Origin: Stegostoma tigrinum
Lineage: Eukaryota
NCBI RefSeq assembly: GCF_030684315.1
Contig: NC_081370.1
Location: forward strand, 23,811,078 to 23,875,077
DNA: 64,000 nucleotides
Reading direction: 5' to 3'
A program made the translations under genes and the position numbers. The notes under the pieces are model-generated. The model did no database searches and was not told the origin of the DNA. It worked only from the letters and a program-made list of their open reading frames with translations. How positions within the stretch are numbered: position 1 is the stretch's first letter; every line of letters begins with the position of its first letter. Shown here one piece after another: positions 62,521 through 64,000 of the stretch.

Positions 62521-63628
62521 TAGAACATGGAACATTAGAACATTACAGCACAGTATAGGCCCTTCGGTCCTAGATGTTGTGCCGACCTGTCATACCGATC
62601 TTAAGCCCATCTAGCCTACACTATTCCATGTACATCCATATGCTTATCCAATGACGACTTAAATGTACCTAAAGTTGGCAAATCTACTACCGTTGCAGGC
62701 AAAGCGTTCCATTCCCTTACTACTCTCTGAGTAAAGAAACTACCTCTGACATCTGTCCTATATCTTTCACCCCTCAATTTAAAGCTGTGCTCGCCATCAC
62801 CATCCTTGGAAAAAGGCTCTCCCTATCCACCCTGTCTAACCCTCTGATTATTTTATATGTTTCAGTTAAGTCACCTCTCCACCTTCTTGTCTCTAACGAA
62901 AACAGCCTCGAGTCCCTCAGCCTTTCCTCGTAAGACCTTCCCTCCATACCAGGCAACATTCTAGTAAATCTCCTCTGCAAAGCTTTCCAAAGCTTCCACA
63001 TCCATCTTATAATGCGGTGACGAGAACTGTACACAATACTCCAAGTGCGGTCGCACCAAAGTTTTGTACAGCTGCAGCATAACCTCTTGGTTCTGGAACT
63101 CGATCCCTCTATTAATAAAAGCTAAAGCACTGTATGCCTTCTTAACAGCCCTGTCAACCTGGGTGGCAACTTTCAAGGATCTGTGTACATGGACACCGAG
63201 ATCTCTCTGCTCATCTACACTACTAAGAATCTTACCATTAGCCCTGTACTTTGCTTTCCGGTTACTCCTACCAAAGTGCATCAGCTCACACTTGTCTGCA
63301 TTAAACTCCATTTGTCACCTCTCGGCCCAGCTCTGCAGCTTATCTATGTCTCTCTGCAACCTACAGCATCCTTCGTCACTATCCACAACTCCACCGACCT
63401 TAGTGTCGTCTGCAAATTTACTAACCCATCCTTCTACGCCCTCATCCAGGTCGTTTATAAAAATAGCAAACAGCAGTGGACCCAACACCGACCCTTGCGG
63501 TACACCACTAGTAACTGGTCTCCAGGATGAACATTTCCCATCAACTACCACCCTCTCTTCTTTCAGCAAACCAATTTCCGATCCAAACTGCTATATCTCC
63601 CACAATTCCATTCCTCCACATTTTGTCC
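62521..63628 (-). mobile_element. Young CR1 LINE 3' portion (same family as 1718-5305)
   Basis: [24 protein letters not shown]...[35 protein letters not shown]; (tagaacat)-type tail. Confidence 0.96.
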
Positions 63629-64000
63629 GCTAAAGCCTTCTGCTACTCGGTGTATACTGATGGAAAAGAAACGAAAGTCACCTTACCTTTTAAATCCATT
63701 TTATTTCCAAAGCAAAAACTTTCAGGAGTTGATGAAATGTTTTCTCAATTTATGGACAAGTGACATTTCTACAGAAACCAATATGTACGAGGGTAGTAGA
63801 GTAACACTGTCAACGTGAAGTTTATCCTTGAAATGAAAGTACTGACTGCCTGATTTTTTCCTAATAATCTGATAAGTTTATCTTTGTTAGTTCTGCAAGA
63901 AGTTGTGGCTGTCTATGAAACAATATTGTCAACTTAGTCAAATAGCTAGATGGAGGATCACTCAAAATTGAGGACTGCTAAGTGGGCAGGCAGGAAATAC

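Noticed and set aside
63064-63633. 189-aa plus-strand ORF
   Set aside because: Antisense shadow of the CR1 RT.

Overview
AT-rich vertebrate non-coding DNA, most likely from a shark. The evidence is the repeat repertoire: an HE1-type V-SINE, SacSINE1-like DeuSINEs, shark-type CR1 LINEs and Neptune/Poseidon Penelope-like elements (PLEs). It is probably an intron of a large + strand gene, inferred from a T-rich + strand and a few + strand splice-like signals at about 33.3-34.7 kb. I recognise no intact host protein-coding gene; the recognisable long ORFs are retroelement remnants or their antisense shadows. Content: many CR1, L2 and RTE fragments, tRNA-derived SINEs (including a 5-unit tandem array), a solo LTR, and at least three PLE families whose pseudo-LTRs (pLTRs) carry minimal hammerhead ribozyme (HHR) motifs. 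Most notable: (i) a recurrent class of roughly 95-380 bp non-coding PLE insertions, solo or palindromic, with 10-17 bp target-site duplications (TSDs) and breakpoints clustered at the HHR; (ii) two clear ~155-bp templated insertions copied from about 1 kb away; (iii) a twin-priming-like inverted Neptune copy. Coordinates were read by eye, boundaries of old repeats are approximate, and family names come from recalled motifs, not database searches.
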